Assembly (NCBI GenBank): GCA_964276085.1
Contig: CAXYEO010000026.1
Location: 1,305-65,304, forward strand
Length of the DNA: 64,000 nt
Direction: 5' to 3'
From: an uncultured Thalassobaculaceae bacterium
GTDB taxonomy: Bacteria > Pseudomonadota > Alphaproteobacteria > Thalassobaculales > Thalassobaculaceae
Numbering within the stretch: position 1 is the stretch's first letter; the number at the start of each line of letters is the position of its first letter. The translations under genes were made by a program, and so were the position numbers. Positions 53,159 to 63,605 of this stretch are shown in pieces. Below the pieces are notes generated by a model that worked only from the letters and a program-made list of their open reading frames with translations, searched no databases and was not told the origin of the DNA.

Positions 53159-54070
53159 CTATTCAATTTTCTCTGGATACTGCAGCCTTTTGATATTTTT
53201 TTCAATTTCTATTGTCGAAAGCAAACTGGTCTGAGCACCTTCAGCCAAACAAGTAAGGCCTCCAGCAATAGACGCAGAACTCAAGGCGGACAAACTACTT
53301 TTTCCATTACTTAGACTGGCGGCAAACACACCCACAAAAGCATCACCGGCACCAACAGTATCAACCGGTTCTAACTCAAGAGCTTCAGTTCGATATAAAC
53401 CACTAGCATTTGCTAGAACCGCACCTTTGTCACCAAGTGTGATAATAGATTCTGCATTGTACTTCTCATAAAATTCTCTAGCATAATTTATTGCTAGATC
53501 TGGTTTTCCAGCAAGGAGTTCTGCCTCTCCAGCATTTAAAATAAGAAAGTCACAAAGTTTTAAAACGTCGTCATCTATTGGGAGCGCCGGAGCTAGATTA
53601 AGAAGTATCCTACTACCCGCTTTTCGTGCACGAAAAATTATTTTTCTTATTTCATGAATAGGAACCTCCATTTGAAGCACCAATAAGGTGTCCTCATTAA
53701 GCCAATGATCTCCAACTTGATCAGAAAGTGTTTCTAAGTTAGCTCCACTAGCAACAACAATCTGGTTTTCTCCTCCCTTTTCAACCATTACACAGGCAGT
53801 TCCTGTCGTGCCCGGTCGCTGACTAATGCAGCTCACACCAACACCAGATTGTCTAATTGCTGTTATCACTGGAGAAGCAAAGACGTCACTCCCAACACTC
53901 CCAATCATTTCAACTTGTCCCCCAAGACTAGCCGCAGCTACCGCCTGATTCGCCCCCTTCCCTCCTGGCCGAAACTTATATTTAGGGCACAAGACAGTCT
54001 CACCCGGCGTTGGTAAACCTGTTACGTTAAAGAACAAGTCTGCATTCAATGAACCAAAAACTAAAATCAT
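53159..54070 (-). CDS. rbsK: Ribokinase (PfkB family)
   Basis: ILVFGSLNADL, PGGKGANQAVAAA and the C-terminal DTVGAGDAFVG motif. I prefer ATG 54070 over the track's TTG 54085. Confidence 0.8.
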   Translation of the reverse strand: MILVFGSLNADLFFNVTGLPTPGETVLCPKYKFRPGGKGANQAVAAASLGGQVEMIGSVGSDVFASPVITAIRQSGVGVSCISQRPGTTGTACVMVEKGGENQIVVASGANLETLSDQVGDHWLNEDTLLVLQMEVPIHEIRKIIFRARKAGSRILLNLAPALPIDDDVLKLCDFLILNAGEAELLAGKPDLAINYAREFYEKYNAESIITLGDKGAVLANASGLYRTEALELEPVDTVGAGDAFVGVFAASLSNGKSSLSALSSASIAGGLTCLAEGAQTSLLSTIEIEKNIKRLQYPEKIE

Positions 54071-54146
54071 GTTGAGGTCTTCCAACTAACGTTAATAACT
54101 GCTAGAGCGTGAGACTAAGTTTTCAAATGGTCAACCCGGAAAAAAA

Positions 54147-55604
54147 ATGGCAATAATCTATCCCGTTATACTTTCAGGTGGTTCAGGAACTCGACTTTGG
54201 CCTATTTCTCGATCCTTGTTTCCAAAACAATTCCTATCTATTAACGGGTCTTATAGTTTTTTCCAGGAAACTATACTGAGGTTCAACGATCAAGCTAGTT
54301 TTTCCACGCCGACTATTATCTGTAACTCTGAACACCGCTTCATAGTCGCTCAGCAATTATCAGAAATCGATATTGTACCTGCAAGTATAATACTCGAACC
54401 AGTTGGCAGAAATACAGCTGCGGCGGCAGCTATAGCTGCTATGCGAATTCATGAAACCGATCCTAATGGGCTAGTACTTCTTTTAGCGTCTGACCACAAA
54501 ATAAATAAACCTAATTTATTAAGCACGGCAATATTAAATGCAATTCCCGTCGCCAATGAGGATCGGATCGTGACTTTTGGGATTAACCCCAATCATCCAG
54601 AAACTGGGTTCGGTTATATCAAAATAGGCGCAGCACTCGAGGACATAGAAAACTGCTATGAGGTTGATACATTTGTAGAAAAACCTGACCTCAAAAGAGC
54701 GGAAGAATACATATCGTCAGGGAATTTTCTATGGAACAGTAGTCTGTTCCTATTTAGACCTAATAGTTATCTGGAAGAGCTATCCACGTTTGAAAGTCGA
54801 ATAAAAGACGCCTGTAGAATAGCTCTCGATAACGCCATACCCGATTTAGATTTCTTACGATTAGATGAGCAAGCTTTCGCTGAAGCGCCATCTGTATCTA
54901 TAGATTACGCCGTCATGGAAAGAACAAGTAAGGCCTGCGTCATGGCGGTCGAACCAGGCTGGAGCGATGTTGGTTCCTGGACTACATTATGGGATATTTC
55001 AGAAAAAGATGAAAACCAAAATACCACAGTTGGAGATGTAATCCTATCGAAGACAAAAGGAACGATAGTGCATGCCAACTCTAGATTAGTTGCAGTTATT
55101 GGTGTCGAGGACCTAGTTATTGCTGAAACCCCAGACGCTGTCCTAGTTTTAAATAAAAAGGATGCGCAAGAGGTGAAGCAAGTTGTAGAACTGCTCAACA
55201 CTAGAGACCGAACAGAAGGCAGACAACATACTATTGTTCACCGACCCTGGGGGAACTTTGAGACCATAATTTCTGAACCCAAATACCAAGTTAAACGTAT
55301 CAACGTAAACTCGGGCTCAACGTTATCTTTGCAAACACATGAGAAACGCTCAGAGCATTGGGTCGTTATAGAGGGCATTGCTACCGTTACGCGGGGTCTA
55401 AACTCAAATAGCCTTGAAGTGATAGATCTATATGCTAATCAATCTATTGATATCCCACTTGGATGGATGCATCGTTTAGAAAATAAGCAAAAAAGCCCAC
55501 TGATAATTATCGAGGTTCAGTCCGGAGATTATTTAGGAGAGGATGACATAGAACGGTATGAAGATATCTATGGAAGAGCCTCCAAAACCAATCCAAACGG
55601 CTAG
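54147..55604 (+). CDS. manC: Mannose-1-phosphate guanylyltransferase / mannose-6-phosphate isomerase (bifunctional type)
   Basis: 485-aa ORF with PVILSGGSGTRLWPISR and EPVGRNTAAA. The C-terminal cupin has RPWGNFETI, QTHEKRSEHWVVIEG and DDIERYEDIYGR. Confidence 0.85.
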   Translation: MAIIYPVILSGGSGTRLWPISRSLFPKQFLSINGSYSFFQETILRFNDQASFSTPTIICNSEHRFIVAQQLSEIDIVPASIILEPVGRNTAAAAAIAAMRIHETDPNGLVLLLASDHKINKPNLLSTAILNAIPVANEDRIVTFGINPNHPETGFGYIKIGAALEDIENCYEVDTFVEKPDLKRAEEYISSGNFLWNSSLFLFRPNSYLEELSTFESRIKDACRIALDNAIPDLDFLRLDEQAFAEAPSVSIDYAVMERTSKACVMAVEPGWSDVGSWTTLWDISEKDENQNTTVGDVILSKTKGTIVHANSRLVAVIGVEDLVIAETPDAVLVLNKKDAQEVKQVVELLNTRDRTEGRQHTIVHRPWGNFETIISEPKYQVKRINVNSGSTLSLQTHEKRSEHWVVIEGIATVTRGLNSNSLEVIDLYANQSIDIPLGWMHRLENKQKSPLIIIEVQSGDYLGEDDIERYEDIYGRASKTNPNG

Positions 55605-55611
55605 TGCTCTT

Positions 55612-56664
55612 TTATATCGATCTAACTAAATCCAAACTTTGATTTGCTATTCCATTCTCCACTTTATCTACAGCCTCTACTAAAGCTGCGTTCACTGGCG
55701 CCGTCAATCCAATTTCCGATGCTTTTTCGACAACAAAACCATTAATCGCATGGATTTCAGTACGTCGCTTTTTGGCAATATCCTGTGCCATTGATGGTCT
55801 CGATTCATCACTGCGCCCAATCGCACTTTCTTCCATGACCTTCTCCATCGTTTTAACCATACTAGTATTGCCATCCATTGCTGCCACCCAATCATCAGGC
55901 TCAAATTTATTGATAGTTTCCAATTGATAACCCAATGCTTTCCCAATTTTAACCGCTTCTCCAGCAAGTCGGATCGTTAATCGCCTTGTAATGGTTTCCT
56001 TATCGCAAGCGTTAGCACCTAACCCAGTAGCGGCGCAGACCCCATTTCTCATTGCATTTGCTACTAATTTAGACCACCGCTCACCCCATAAATTATCCGT
56101 GACTTTTGCGCTATCTACAGCTGATAATAATTTCTCTATCTCCTTAATTCTTGGTGTTATACGGCCGTGTACTTCACCAGCCCTGAATACAGTATGTTTT
56201 GTCCCTCCCAGCGGAACTCCGCGCCGAATTTTACCAGGGCCTATCAGTTCAACAGCTATTTTAGCCGCTATACACCCCGTGGTTCGACCCCATCCGACAA
56301 TATTAGCTATTGTCTCTTCGTTAATACAGTTTTGTAATGAAACACAAAATCCAGTTGGAGAGAGATAATCTTTAACGAGCATAGTTGCCCAAGCTGTGTC
56401 ATAGGACTTTACGCAAATGAAGGCTATATCAATCAATCGTTCACGTTTCAGAGCCTGCACATCAGTGAGAGTAATTGCCCTAGCAGGGGTATTAAAACAT
56501 TCTGCATCTGTAAGTCCCGATAGTGTTAAGCCATCTTTATTTATAGCAGCAACATGTTCCGCCCAGGGGTCAACGAATATAACGTCCTCCCCCCTACGAG
56601 CCATGTACCCGCCAACATACGCGCCAACTGCTCCTGCTCCCATGATCAAAATCCGTTTGCCCAT
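55612..56664 (-). CDS. Ketopantoate reductase (PanE/ApbA) family oxidoreductase
   Basis: 350-aa ORF with ILIMGAGAVGAYVGG, FICVKSYDT, SLQNCINEE and WGERWSKLVANAMRN. It is longer than classical PanE, so this is a family-level call only. Confidence 0.7.
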   Translation of the reverse strand: MGKRILIMGAGAVGAYVGGYMARRGEDVIFVDPWAEHVAAINKDGLTLSGLTDAECFNTPARAITLTDVQALKRERLIDIAFICVKSYDTAWATMLVKDYLSPTGFCVSLQNCINEETIANIVGWGRTTGCIAAKIAVELIGPGKIRRGVPLGGTKHTVFRAGEVHGRITPRIKEIEKLLSAVDSAKVTDNLWGERWSKLVANAMRNGVCAATGLGANACDKETITRRLTIRLAGEAVKIGKALGYQLETINKFEPDDWVAAMDGNTSMVKTMEKVMEESAIGRSDESRPSMAQDIAKKRRTEIHAINGFVVEKASEIGLTAPVNAALVEAVDKVENGIANQSLDLVRSI

Positions 56665-56709
56665 ATTTTTTCTCCTATGATTAAAAAATTGAGAAAGGCC
56701 TGCACAAAC

Positions 56710-57558
56710 TCATTGCGGCCTCTCATTACTACCTATTGTTAAACGATGCATTACCCGTCTTTCACCATGGTAATCGTTCAAGGCCCGGTGTTGCGTACAC
56801 CTATTATCCCACAATACAAGGGTTCCCTTTCGATATTGAACACGACATGTAAAATCTGGTTGCGAGGCATGCTCTCTTAAAAAGTCCAGAAGTGGTTTAC
56901 TTTCTTCCAAGGTCATATTTTCAAACTTTGCCAGATGACCTGAACTTATATAAAGAGCTTTTTTATCAGTTTGCGGGTGAGTACGTACTATAGGGTGCAG
57001 AGAAAGTTCTTCAGCACGATCCAGGTTGGCAACATCAAAACGAGTCGAATTCATTATTGCAGCTCTGCCGCCAGAATGCTTTAAGGCGGCCGAATACTCC
57101 GCATTCATCCCCGTTAACAACTTCTTCATACCATCCGACAAAGCCTCATATGCCAGATACAGATTAGTTAACATCGTATCTCCGCCCTTAGAAGGGACTT
57201 CTAAGGCATACAACATGGTTCCCATTGGAGGTGTATTGGTGAAGGACATGTCTGAATGCCACTTTCCTCCAAAATTTCTTTTCTCATCCGGCTCTTTACG
57301 TATTTCAAAAATTTCAGGATGATCGGAAAGGCCTTCAACAAATGGGTAAGGCTCTAAGGATCCAAATTTTCTTGCAAACATCTTACATTCGTCTGGGTTC
57401 AACGTTTGATCATGGAATACAATCACCAAGTTTTCTAATAATGCCTGATGGATCTCGTCAAACGTTTTATTATCCAGCCTTTGACTAAGGTCTACACCGC
57501 TGATCTCAGCCCCCATAGCACCTGAGATAGGTCTAATAGCAATTTTCTTGTAATTCAT
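56710..57558 (-). CDS. TauD/TfdA family Fe(II)/2-oxoglutarate dioxygenase (second paralogue)
   Basis: I prefer ATG 57558 (MNYKKIAIRPISGAMGAEISGVDL). Blocks are KWHSDMSF, GGDTMLTNLYLAYEALS and WDNRCTQHRALNDYHGERRVMHRLTIG. Confidence 0.85.
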   Translation of the reverse strand: MNYKKIAIRPISGAMGAEISGVDLSQRLDNKTFDEIHQALLENLVIVFHDQTLNPDECKMFARKFGSLEPYPFVEGLSDHPEIFEIRKEPDEKRNFGGKWHSDMSFTNTPPMGTMLYALEVPSKGGDTMLTNLYLAYEALSDGMKKLLTGMNAEYSAALKHSGGRAAIMNSTRFDVANLDRAEELSLHPIVRTHPQTDKKALYISSGHLAKFENMTLEESKPLLDFLREHASQPDFTCRVQYRKGTLVLWDNRCTQHRALNDYHGERRVMHRLTIGSNERPQ

Positions 57559-57803
57559 TTCACACTCGTTCAAGGTTTTGATTTTTATACCGTAATTTCC
57601 AACAAACGTAGAGCTTTTGCAATCCATCTATTCTCTACAGGTGTGATTTTGGCAACGTCACCTCAATTACTATTGTTAAATAATGAGCTACAGGATTACT
57701 AGTGGTATAATATCGTGCGTCAACGTATTCAATTGACACATTTTACACGCTTCCTAATTTAACACTGAAGTTTAATCTACTCTCTTAGAACTGAGCCTCA
57801 TTT

Positions 57804-58679
57804 TTGTCACAAAACCTATTCCCCATATTGTTATCGCTTACAGCTGCCTTTTTATTTGCGCTGGGGGCGATGTTGCAGAGCGTAGGTTTGCAACATATTG
57901 ACCCTAAAAGTGGTGCCGCAATAACAATATCAACCTCCGCCATTTTTTATTTACTTGCCGCTCCCTTTTTTTTAAACCTCGATCACTTGATGCATCCAGC
58001 AGTTTTAATATTTGTACTGATCGGTTTATTTCGGCCTGCCGTATCTGCTAATTTAGCCTTGGCAGGAATGCGACTTCTCGGACCGACACTTTCTTCCACT
58101 TTAACCTCTACCAGCCCATTATTTGGAGTGGTGTTAGGTATTTTATGTTTAGGAGAAATCTTAACCGTTCCAACAGCAATTGGAACTATGGTGATCGTTC
58201 TTGCGATAATGTTACTTACGAAAAAGGATAATAAAATTTCGACTAACTGGCCATTATGGGCACTTGCGTTGCCTATTGGAGCTGCTGTTATCCGCGCTTT
58301 CGCGCTCGTTTTAACAAAAATAGGTATGGAAGAAGTACCAGATGCATACCTTGCAGGGCTGGTAGGCTTTGTAGTATCTGCTTTGATAACTTTATGCATA
58401 AATAAGTTTAGACGCGGAAGCCCAAGTCTTCCCTGGAGGGCTCCATCAGCAAGATGGTTTATGGCCGCGAGCGCTTGCTTTAGTATGGCAGTCATCGCAC
58501 TCAATACAGCGCTTCATCATGGTCAAGTAGTCCAAATAGTACCTATTGTCGCTGCTTCCCCTATTTTTACTCTCATGCTTAGTGTTGTTATTTTCAGAAA
58601 AGAGCAGATTACCAGACGCGTCGTCTTGTCGGTATTTATGGTTGTTCCTGCCGTCATTTTGATCGCAAGCTCCTCTTAA
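57804..58679 (+). CDS. DMT superfamily (EamA-like) transporter
   Basis: 291-aa ORF with ten hydrophobic segments arranged as two EamA-like halves. It apparently starts at TTG. Confidence 0.7.
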   Translation: MSQNLFPILLSLTAAFLFALGAMLQSVGLQHIDPKSGAAITISTSAIFYLLAAPFFLNLDHLMHPAVLIFVLIGLFRPAVSANLALAGMRLLGPTLSSTLTSTSPLFGVVLGILCLGEILTVPTAIGTMVIVLAIMLLTKKDNKISTNWPLWALALPIGAAVIRAFALVLTKIGMEEVPDAYLAGLVGFVVSALITLCINKFRRGSPSLPWRAPSARWFMAASACFSMAVIALNTALHHGQVVQIVPIVAASPIFTLMLSVVIFRKEQITRRVVLSVFMVVPAVILIASSS

Positions 58680-58685
58680 TATTTG

Positions 58686-60092
58686 TTACCATCCAGGGGG
58701 ACGTAGTTTGTGAAAATCAGTTACAGACTGGAAAGCTGCACCTGCCTGAACCAATAAAGGCTCTGATAAACGATGCCCAACCAACTGAAGCGACAAGGGC
58801 AGTCGATCGTTATTTAAGCCACAAGGCAATGCTATTGTTGGTAGGCCAGAAAAATCCATAGGCACAGTGAACCTTGAATCCCATGGGTCTCGATTTTGTG
58901 GTATTGGTCCGTAAGCATTTTTTTCTGTATATGGAAATGCAGCTCGGGGTGTCGAGGGACATAGCAATAAATCAATGCCTTCCATTGTTTTCATAAATGC
59001 ACCATTGCACTCATACCGGCTTTCTTGGGCTCGAGCATAATCAATAGCGGAAAAGCTAGCACCTTGCCGTAACCATTCTTTAAACCAAAGTCCGTACTCT
59101 TCAGCTCTTTCAGGATAAAAGTCCTGGTGAGCATAAGCCGCTTCTGAGCTGCATAATATTGGCCAGGCTTTCATATATTCTCGTAAATTTTCTGGCATAG
59201 AGACTTCAATTATTTCAGCACCTAATTCACGCATGATTTTCAAACCATCAGCTACAGCAGATACAAAATCCCCTTCAATATTCTGAGAACTATATTGTGG
59301 ATCCCAGCCTAAGCGAATACCCTTAACCCCACGTTCTAAGCCTTCTAACATGTCCGGGACTGGGTCAAGTAAAGCGGTAGGATCATTAATATCTGCACCC
59401 GAGATACATTGCATGATTATCCCCGCGTCTACTGCACTTCGTGTCAATGGACCCACATGATCCAAAGATTGGGCAAGGTCCAGCACGCCATGCCGACTTA
59501 CTCGGCCCCAGGTTGGTTTAAGACCAACAGTACCGCAAACAGCTGCTGGATGACGGATAGATCCTCCGGTATCACTTCCTATTGTGGCATAAGCAAGACC
59601 TGCCGAAGTTGCGACCCCTGATCCGCTTGAAGAAGCTCCAGGCCAGTAATCTTCCCTCCAGGGGTTTTGAGGAACCTCTCGTTTTGGATTATATCCTGCC
59701 ATAGCTCCTTCGGTTAGATTTAGTTTCCCCAACATAACCGCACCGGCTTTGTAAAAACGTTCAACAATTGTAGCATCAAATGTAGGGGAAAAATTTTCCA
59801 GCACAGCTGTACCACCCATTGTCTTAACGCCTTGGGTATAACACAGATCTTTTACGGCAACAGGAACCCCATGAAGCAGGCCAAGATAGTTACCCGACAT
59901 TATCTGTTCTTCAGCTTTTTTCGCCTGATCAAGGGCAGTTTCTGCCATTACCGTTGCATAAGACTTTAATTGGGGGTCTATCGCATCGATTCTACCAAGA
60001 AGATGTTCTGTTACCTCGACCGGTGATATTTTCCTTTCTTTAATTAATTTAGATAGATCAAAAATAGAGATATAATGTAATGGCTCTTCCAT
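58686..60092 (-). CDS. Amidase (amidase-signature family)
   Basis: 468-aa ORF with GVPVAVKDL and the AS signature GASSSGSGVATSAGLAYATIGSDTGGSIRHPA. Confidence 0.9.
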   Translation of the reverse strand: MEEPLHYISIFDLSKLIKERKISPVEVTEHLLGRIDAIDPQLKSYATVMAETALDQAKKAEEQIMSGNYLGLLHGVPVAVKDLCYTQGVKTMGGTAVLENFSPTFDATIVERFYKAGAVMLGKLNLTEGAMAGYNPKREVPQNPWREDYWPGASSSGSGVATSAGLAYATIGSDTGGSIRHPAAVCGTVGLKPTWGRVSRHGVLDLAQSLDHVGPLTRSAVDAGIIMQCISGADINDPTALLDPVPDMLEGLERGVKGIRLGWDPQYSSQNIEGDFVSAVADGLKIMRELGAEIIEVSMPENLREYMKAWPILCSSEAAYAHQDFYPERAEEYGLWFKEWLRQGASFSAIDYARAQESRYECNGAFMKTMEGIDLLLCPSTPRAAFPYTEKNAYGPIPQNRDPWDSRFTVPMDFSGLPTIALPCGLNNDRLPLSLQLVGHRLSEPLLVQAGAAFQSVTDFHKLRPPGW

Positions 60093-60221
60093 TTAAGAAA
60101 ACTCCCAAGTGAAATTAGAAAAATGTAAATTATATGGGCCATGCAATTTATAAAACAAAACTATATTATGATTATATATGGTACATTAATTTTGAAAAAT
60201 TTCTAAATACAGGGAAGTGAA

Positions 60222-61112
60222 ATGTTAGCTGAAAAAATTGGGGTTATTGGATTAGGTAACGCCGGGAGTGCAGTTGCAGGAGCACTTGCTAAAAAAACTA
60301 CCGTAATCGGTTTTGACCCGAGTCCTGAAAGATGTACTCATGCAAAAAGCCTCGGTGTGGTGTGTGTGCAGTCGTCCAAAGAACTCACAGAGAGAACTGG
60401 TAAAATTATTTTATCCCTCCCTAAGCCAGAAATTTCTCTTTCCGTCACAAAAGCTCTGTCTGAGAGTTCTGCAACACCAAAAATTATCATTGAAACAAGT
60501 ACGGTAACACCACAAACAGCAGTTACTTGCAATGATATATGCGAACAGAAAGGTATCGCTTATGTAGACGCAGCGATTGCCGGTGGTGTAGCAAGCATGG
60601 CGGCTGGCAAGATCACGTTTTTTCTTGGAGGTTTAGATAGTAATAAAAAAATAGCGCGAGATATACTCAATTTAATAGCTGAAGGCATCTATGATCTTGG
60701 CCCCGTTGGAGCAGGCATGGGAACAAAGGTAGTAAATAATGGCGTGATGCATGCATTAATGGTTGTCCTAATAGAGGCATTCAGCATGTCAAAAAAGCTC
60801 GGCGTATCAAGTCAAACAATGATCGAAATATTAAACAGAGAAGAAGGCTTGCTCAGGCCTTTAGTACATAGAGTACAGGAAAGAATGCAAGACGGTAATT
60901 ACGAAGGTGGTATGTCAGTAACAAATGCGCGAAAAGACTCGATCTTGGCACTGGAGACAGCACAACAACTCGGAGTTCCACTTTTTGCTACACTTGCAGC
61001 ACATACCCCTTATGAAATAGCAGAGGCAAAAGACATGGGCAATCTGGATTACGCCTCTTTGGCTTTACTATGGGAAGAGTGGGCCAAAGTGAGTTTCAAA
61101 AATAGTAATTGA
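60222..61112 (+). CDS. NAD(P)-dependent oxidoreductase, 3-hydroxyisobutyrate dehydrogenase-like
   Basis: 296-aa ORF with IGVIGLGNAGSAVAG, DAAIAGGVASMAAGKITFFLGG, GAGMGTKVVNN. Confidence 0.85.
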   Translation: MLAEKIGVIGLGNAGSAVAGALAKKTTVIGFDPSPERCTHAKSLGVVCVQSSKELTERTGKIILSLPKPEISLSVTKALSESSATPKIIIETSTVTPQTAVTCNDICEQKGIAYVDAAIAGGVASMAAGKITFFLGGLDSNKKIARDILNLIAEGIYDLGPVGAGMGTKVVNNGVMHALMVVLIEAFSMSKKLGVSSQTMIEILNREEGLLRPLVHRVQERMQDGNYEGGMSVTNARKDSILALETAQQLGVPLFATLAAHTPYEIAEAKDMGNLDYASLALLWEEWAKVSFKNSN

Positions 61113-61126
61113 ATACCTAAAAACTA

Positions 61127-62176
61127 TTAAAACCCCAACTGGCTTTCCAACCCATACTCTTTAGCTAGTCCACCAAGCTTTGACCATGTTGCCCCCTCAA
61201 CCTCAATACCGTTCTGGCTTCGTTCTTGCTCTCTTTTAAATTCAATCTCACCAGGGTAGAGCACTTCTTCAAATCCATCCGCGGGAAGAGTATCTTTAAG
61301 ATATTTAGCGAACTCAGAAACCTCGGCCTTAAAAGTTTCAAGAGAGCGAAATGCCTCAACCTTAAATACTGCCATAAAGCAACCATCATTGTGCCTACCA
61401 CTTGGCTCAACACCATGACCTAAACCTGTCAATATTCCTGAAAAAATCTCAATCATAGCGGATAACCCATACCCTTTATATCCTTCAGTACCCCCCAAAG
61501 GCAGCAGTGGACCACCTTCTTTAAAAGCAGCTGGATTAGTTGTCGCTTGACCATGTTTATCTATGATCCAGCCTTCCGGGATATCATCACCACGCGCCAA
61601 TGCCAAATTAATCTTTCCCGCTGCTACGGCTGATGATGCCATGTCAATAAAGAAGGGACCTTCCAAATTAGAAGGCATTGCTATTGAAATAGGATTTGTT
61701 CCTAAACGTTTTTCTCTACCACCAAAAGGCGCTACATGCTTTGGCCCCCTCCCCGAGTCGGCGGTGATCATTGCAATCATGCCCTCTTTTGCTGCCATAA
61801 GAGGGTAACTCGCTAGGCGTCCTATATGGCCTTGTCGAAAAACTGTAGCTGCTGCAATATTCTGCGTTTTTGCTTTTTCTATTGTATATTTCATTGCCCG
61901 TTCATTAGCGACATAACCAAAGCCCCAATGACCATCTACCACGGTAGTGGTTGGCGATTCTTGAACAATTTCCCAATTTGCACCGGGAATAATCTCCTTC
62001 TTAACAACTCGTTCGATATATGTTGGGATTTGGATAATACCGTGACTATCGTGCCCAGCCAGATTGGCACCAATAACATGCCGCGCAACTGTTGCTGCTT
62101 CGTCCGCAGGAGCACCGGCCCCTTGTAATAAATTATCCGCTATATTTTCTAAAAGCTCGGCTTTTACAACAGGCAT
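61127..62176 (-). CDS. Ldh2-family (malate/L-lactate dehydrogenase type 2) oxidoreductase
   Basis: 349-aa ORF with GHDSHGI, GFGYV, FRQGHIGRL, GTNPISIAMP, GGTEGYKGYGLSAMIEIFSG. Confidence 0.85.
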   Translation of the reverse strand: MPVVKAELLENIADNLLQGAGAPADEAATVARHVIGANLAGHDSHGIIQIPTYIERVVKKEIIPGANWEIVQESPTTTVVDGHWGFGYVANERAMKYTIEKAKTQNIAAATVFRQGHIGRLASYPLMAAKEGMIAMITADSGRGPKHVAPFGGREKRLGTNPISIAMPSNLEGPFFIDMASSAVAAGKINLALARGDDIPEGWIIDKHGQATTNPAAFKEGGPLLPLGGTEGYKGYGLSAMIEIFSGILTGLGHGVEPSGRHNDGCFMAVFKVEAFRSLETFKAEVSEFAKYLKDTLPADGFEEVLYPGEIEFKREQERSQNGIEVEGATWSKLGGLAKEYGLESQLGF

Positions 62177-62249
62177 GTTTAATACTCCATAATACTTAAC
62201 TGGATTGGTAAGACCAAGAATTCGAATTGCTAGTCCTTAATTTAATTAT

Positions 62250-63605
62250 TTAATGCCCACCACTTGGCATAGGAATACTCCATTGTGATGCGGAGGGATA
62301 ATCAAGACCAAGGTTTTCCCTCAATGTCGAACCAGCATAATCCTTATGGTAAATGCCCCGTTTTTGTAATTCGGGAACAACGAATTTCACAAAGTCCTCA
62401 TAAGAGCCTGGAACGTGAGTGGCCGCAATAACGAAACCATCACAAGCACCAGTTGTAAACCATTCCTCCATTATATCTGCTACGTCCTTTCCGCTGCCAA
62501 CCCAAGGATTATGTAGCAAACCTCTCCCACTGAATCTCATGAATTCTCTAGGTGTAGGGTTCGTTTTTCCACTTGCCTCTAGAACGCGGTTTCTAATCCC
62601 TTGGATACCTTGCATCCCCTCTATCTCTTCAGTACTTAGAGGTTCATCTATACCCCGACTACCAAAATCAAAATTCAAAGCTTCTGAGAGCAACGATAAT
62701 TGATCAAGATCTGTTGGCAACGTATCAATTAGTGCCCTTTTATCTTCTGCTTCAGCTCTTGTTTCCGCGCTTACACAGTGCGTTAAGGCGGCAACCTTGA
62801 CTTTGTCTGGGTCGCGACCGTGGGCAGCTATATTTTCTTTGAACGCAGCATATTCTTTTCTACCTGTCTCTATGTTTGGGTAGGCAACAAAAACTAATTC
62901 CGCCCATCGCGCAGCAAACCTTTGCCCACGGCCGCTTTGTCCCGCTTGAATTAATACAGGATGTCCCTGTGGGGATCGTGGAACTGTGAAGGGCCCCCTC
63001 GATTTATAGAATTCCCCCTCATAATCAATTCGGTGAATCTTTTTAGGATCTGCAAAACGGTTATTAACCTTATCGGCTAAAATTGCACCTTCCTCCCATG
63101 AATTCCAATGTCCCAGGACAACTTCCATAAACTCGTCGGCACTATCATAACGCTTATCATGTTCTATTACTTCCGTTCGCCCCATGTTCATGGCTTCACC
63201 ATCGTTCAACGACGTCACTATATTCCAGGCGGCACGTCCCTTACTCATAAGGTCAAGTGTTGAAAAGACACGAGCTACATGGAAAGGCTCATAATAAGTT
63301 GTTGAATATGTTGAACCTAAGCCAAGCTTTTCTGTAGCCATTCCCATAGTCATTAGGACAGTTACAGGATCCATTTTGACACACCTAATGCCACCCTCAA
63401 CCGTATGCTCATGATTACCACCATACATATCGGGCATGGCCAAACGATCATCAAAAAAGCCAAGATGAAATTTTCCATCTTCTAACACTTTGGCTATATG
63501 ACGGTAGAAATCCGGTGAAGTAGAGTCGGCTCGTGACTCAGGATGACGCCATGAGGCGGCGAAGTTTGTACAATTTTGTGCTTGTAAAAATGCAACTAAG
63601 GTCAT
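62250..63605 (-). CDS. LLM-class flavin-dependent monooxygenase (NtaA/SnaA/DszA subfamily)
   Basis: I prefer ATG 63605 (MTLVAFLQAQNCTNFAASWRHPES). Blocks are FHLGFFDD, LGLGSTYSTTYYEPFHVARVFSTLDLMSKGRAAWNIVTS and AGQSGRGQRFAARWAE. Confidence 0.85.
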   Translation of the reverse strand: MTLVAFLQAQNCTNFAASWRHPESRADSTSPDFYRHIAKVLEDGKFHLGFFDDRLAMPDMYGGNHEHTVEGGIRCVKMDPVTVLMTMGMATEKLGLGSTYSTTYYEPFHVARVFSTLDLMSKGRAAWNIVTSLNDGEAMNMGRTEVIEHDKRYDSADEFMEVVLGHWNSWEEGAILADKVNNRFADPKKIHRIDYEGEFYKSRGPFTVPRSPQGHPVLIQAGQSGRGQRFAARWAELVFVAYPNIETGRKEYAAFKENIAAHGRDPDKVKVAALTHCVSAETRAEAEDKRALIDTLPTDLDQLSLLSEALNFDFGSRGIDEPLSTEEIEGMQGIQGIRNRVLEASGKTNPTPREFMRFSGRGLLHNPWVGSGKDVADIMEEWFTTGACDGFVIAATHVPGSYEDFVKFVVPELQKRGIYHKDYAGSTLRENLGLDYPSASQWSIPMPSGGH

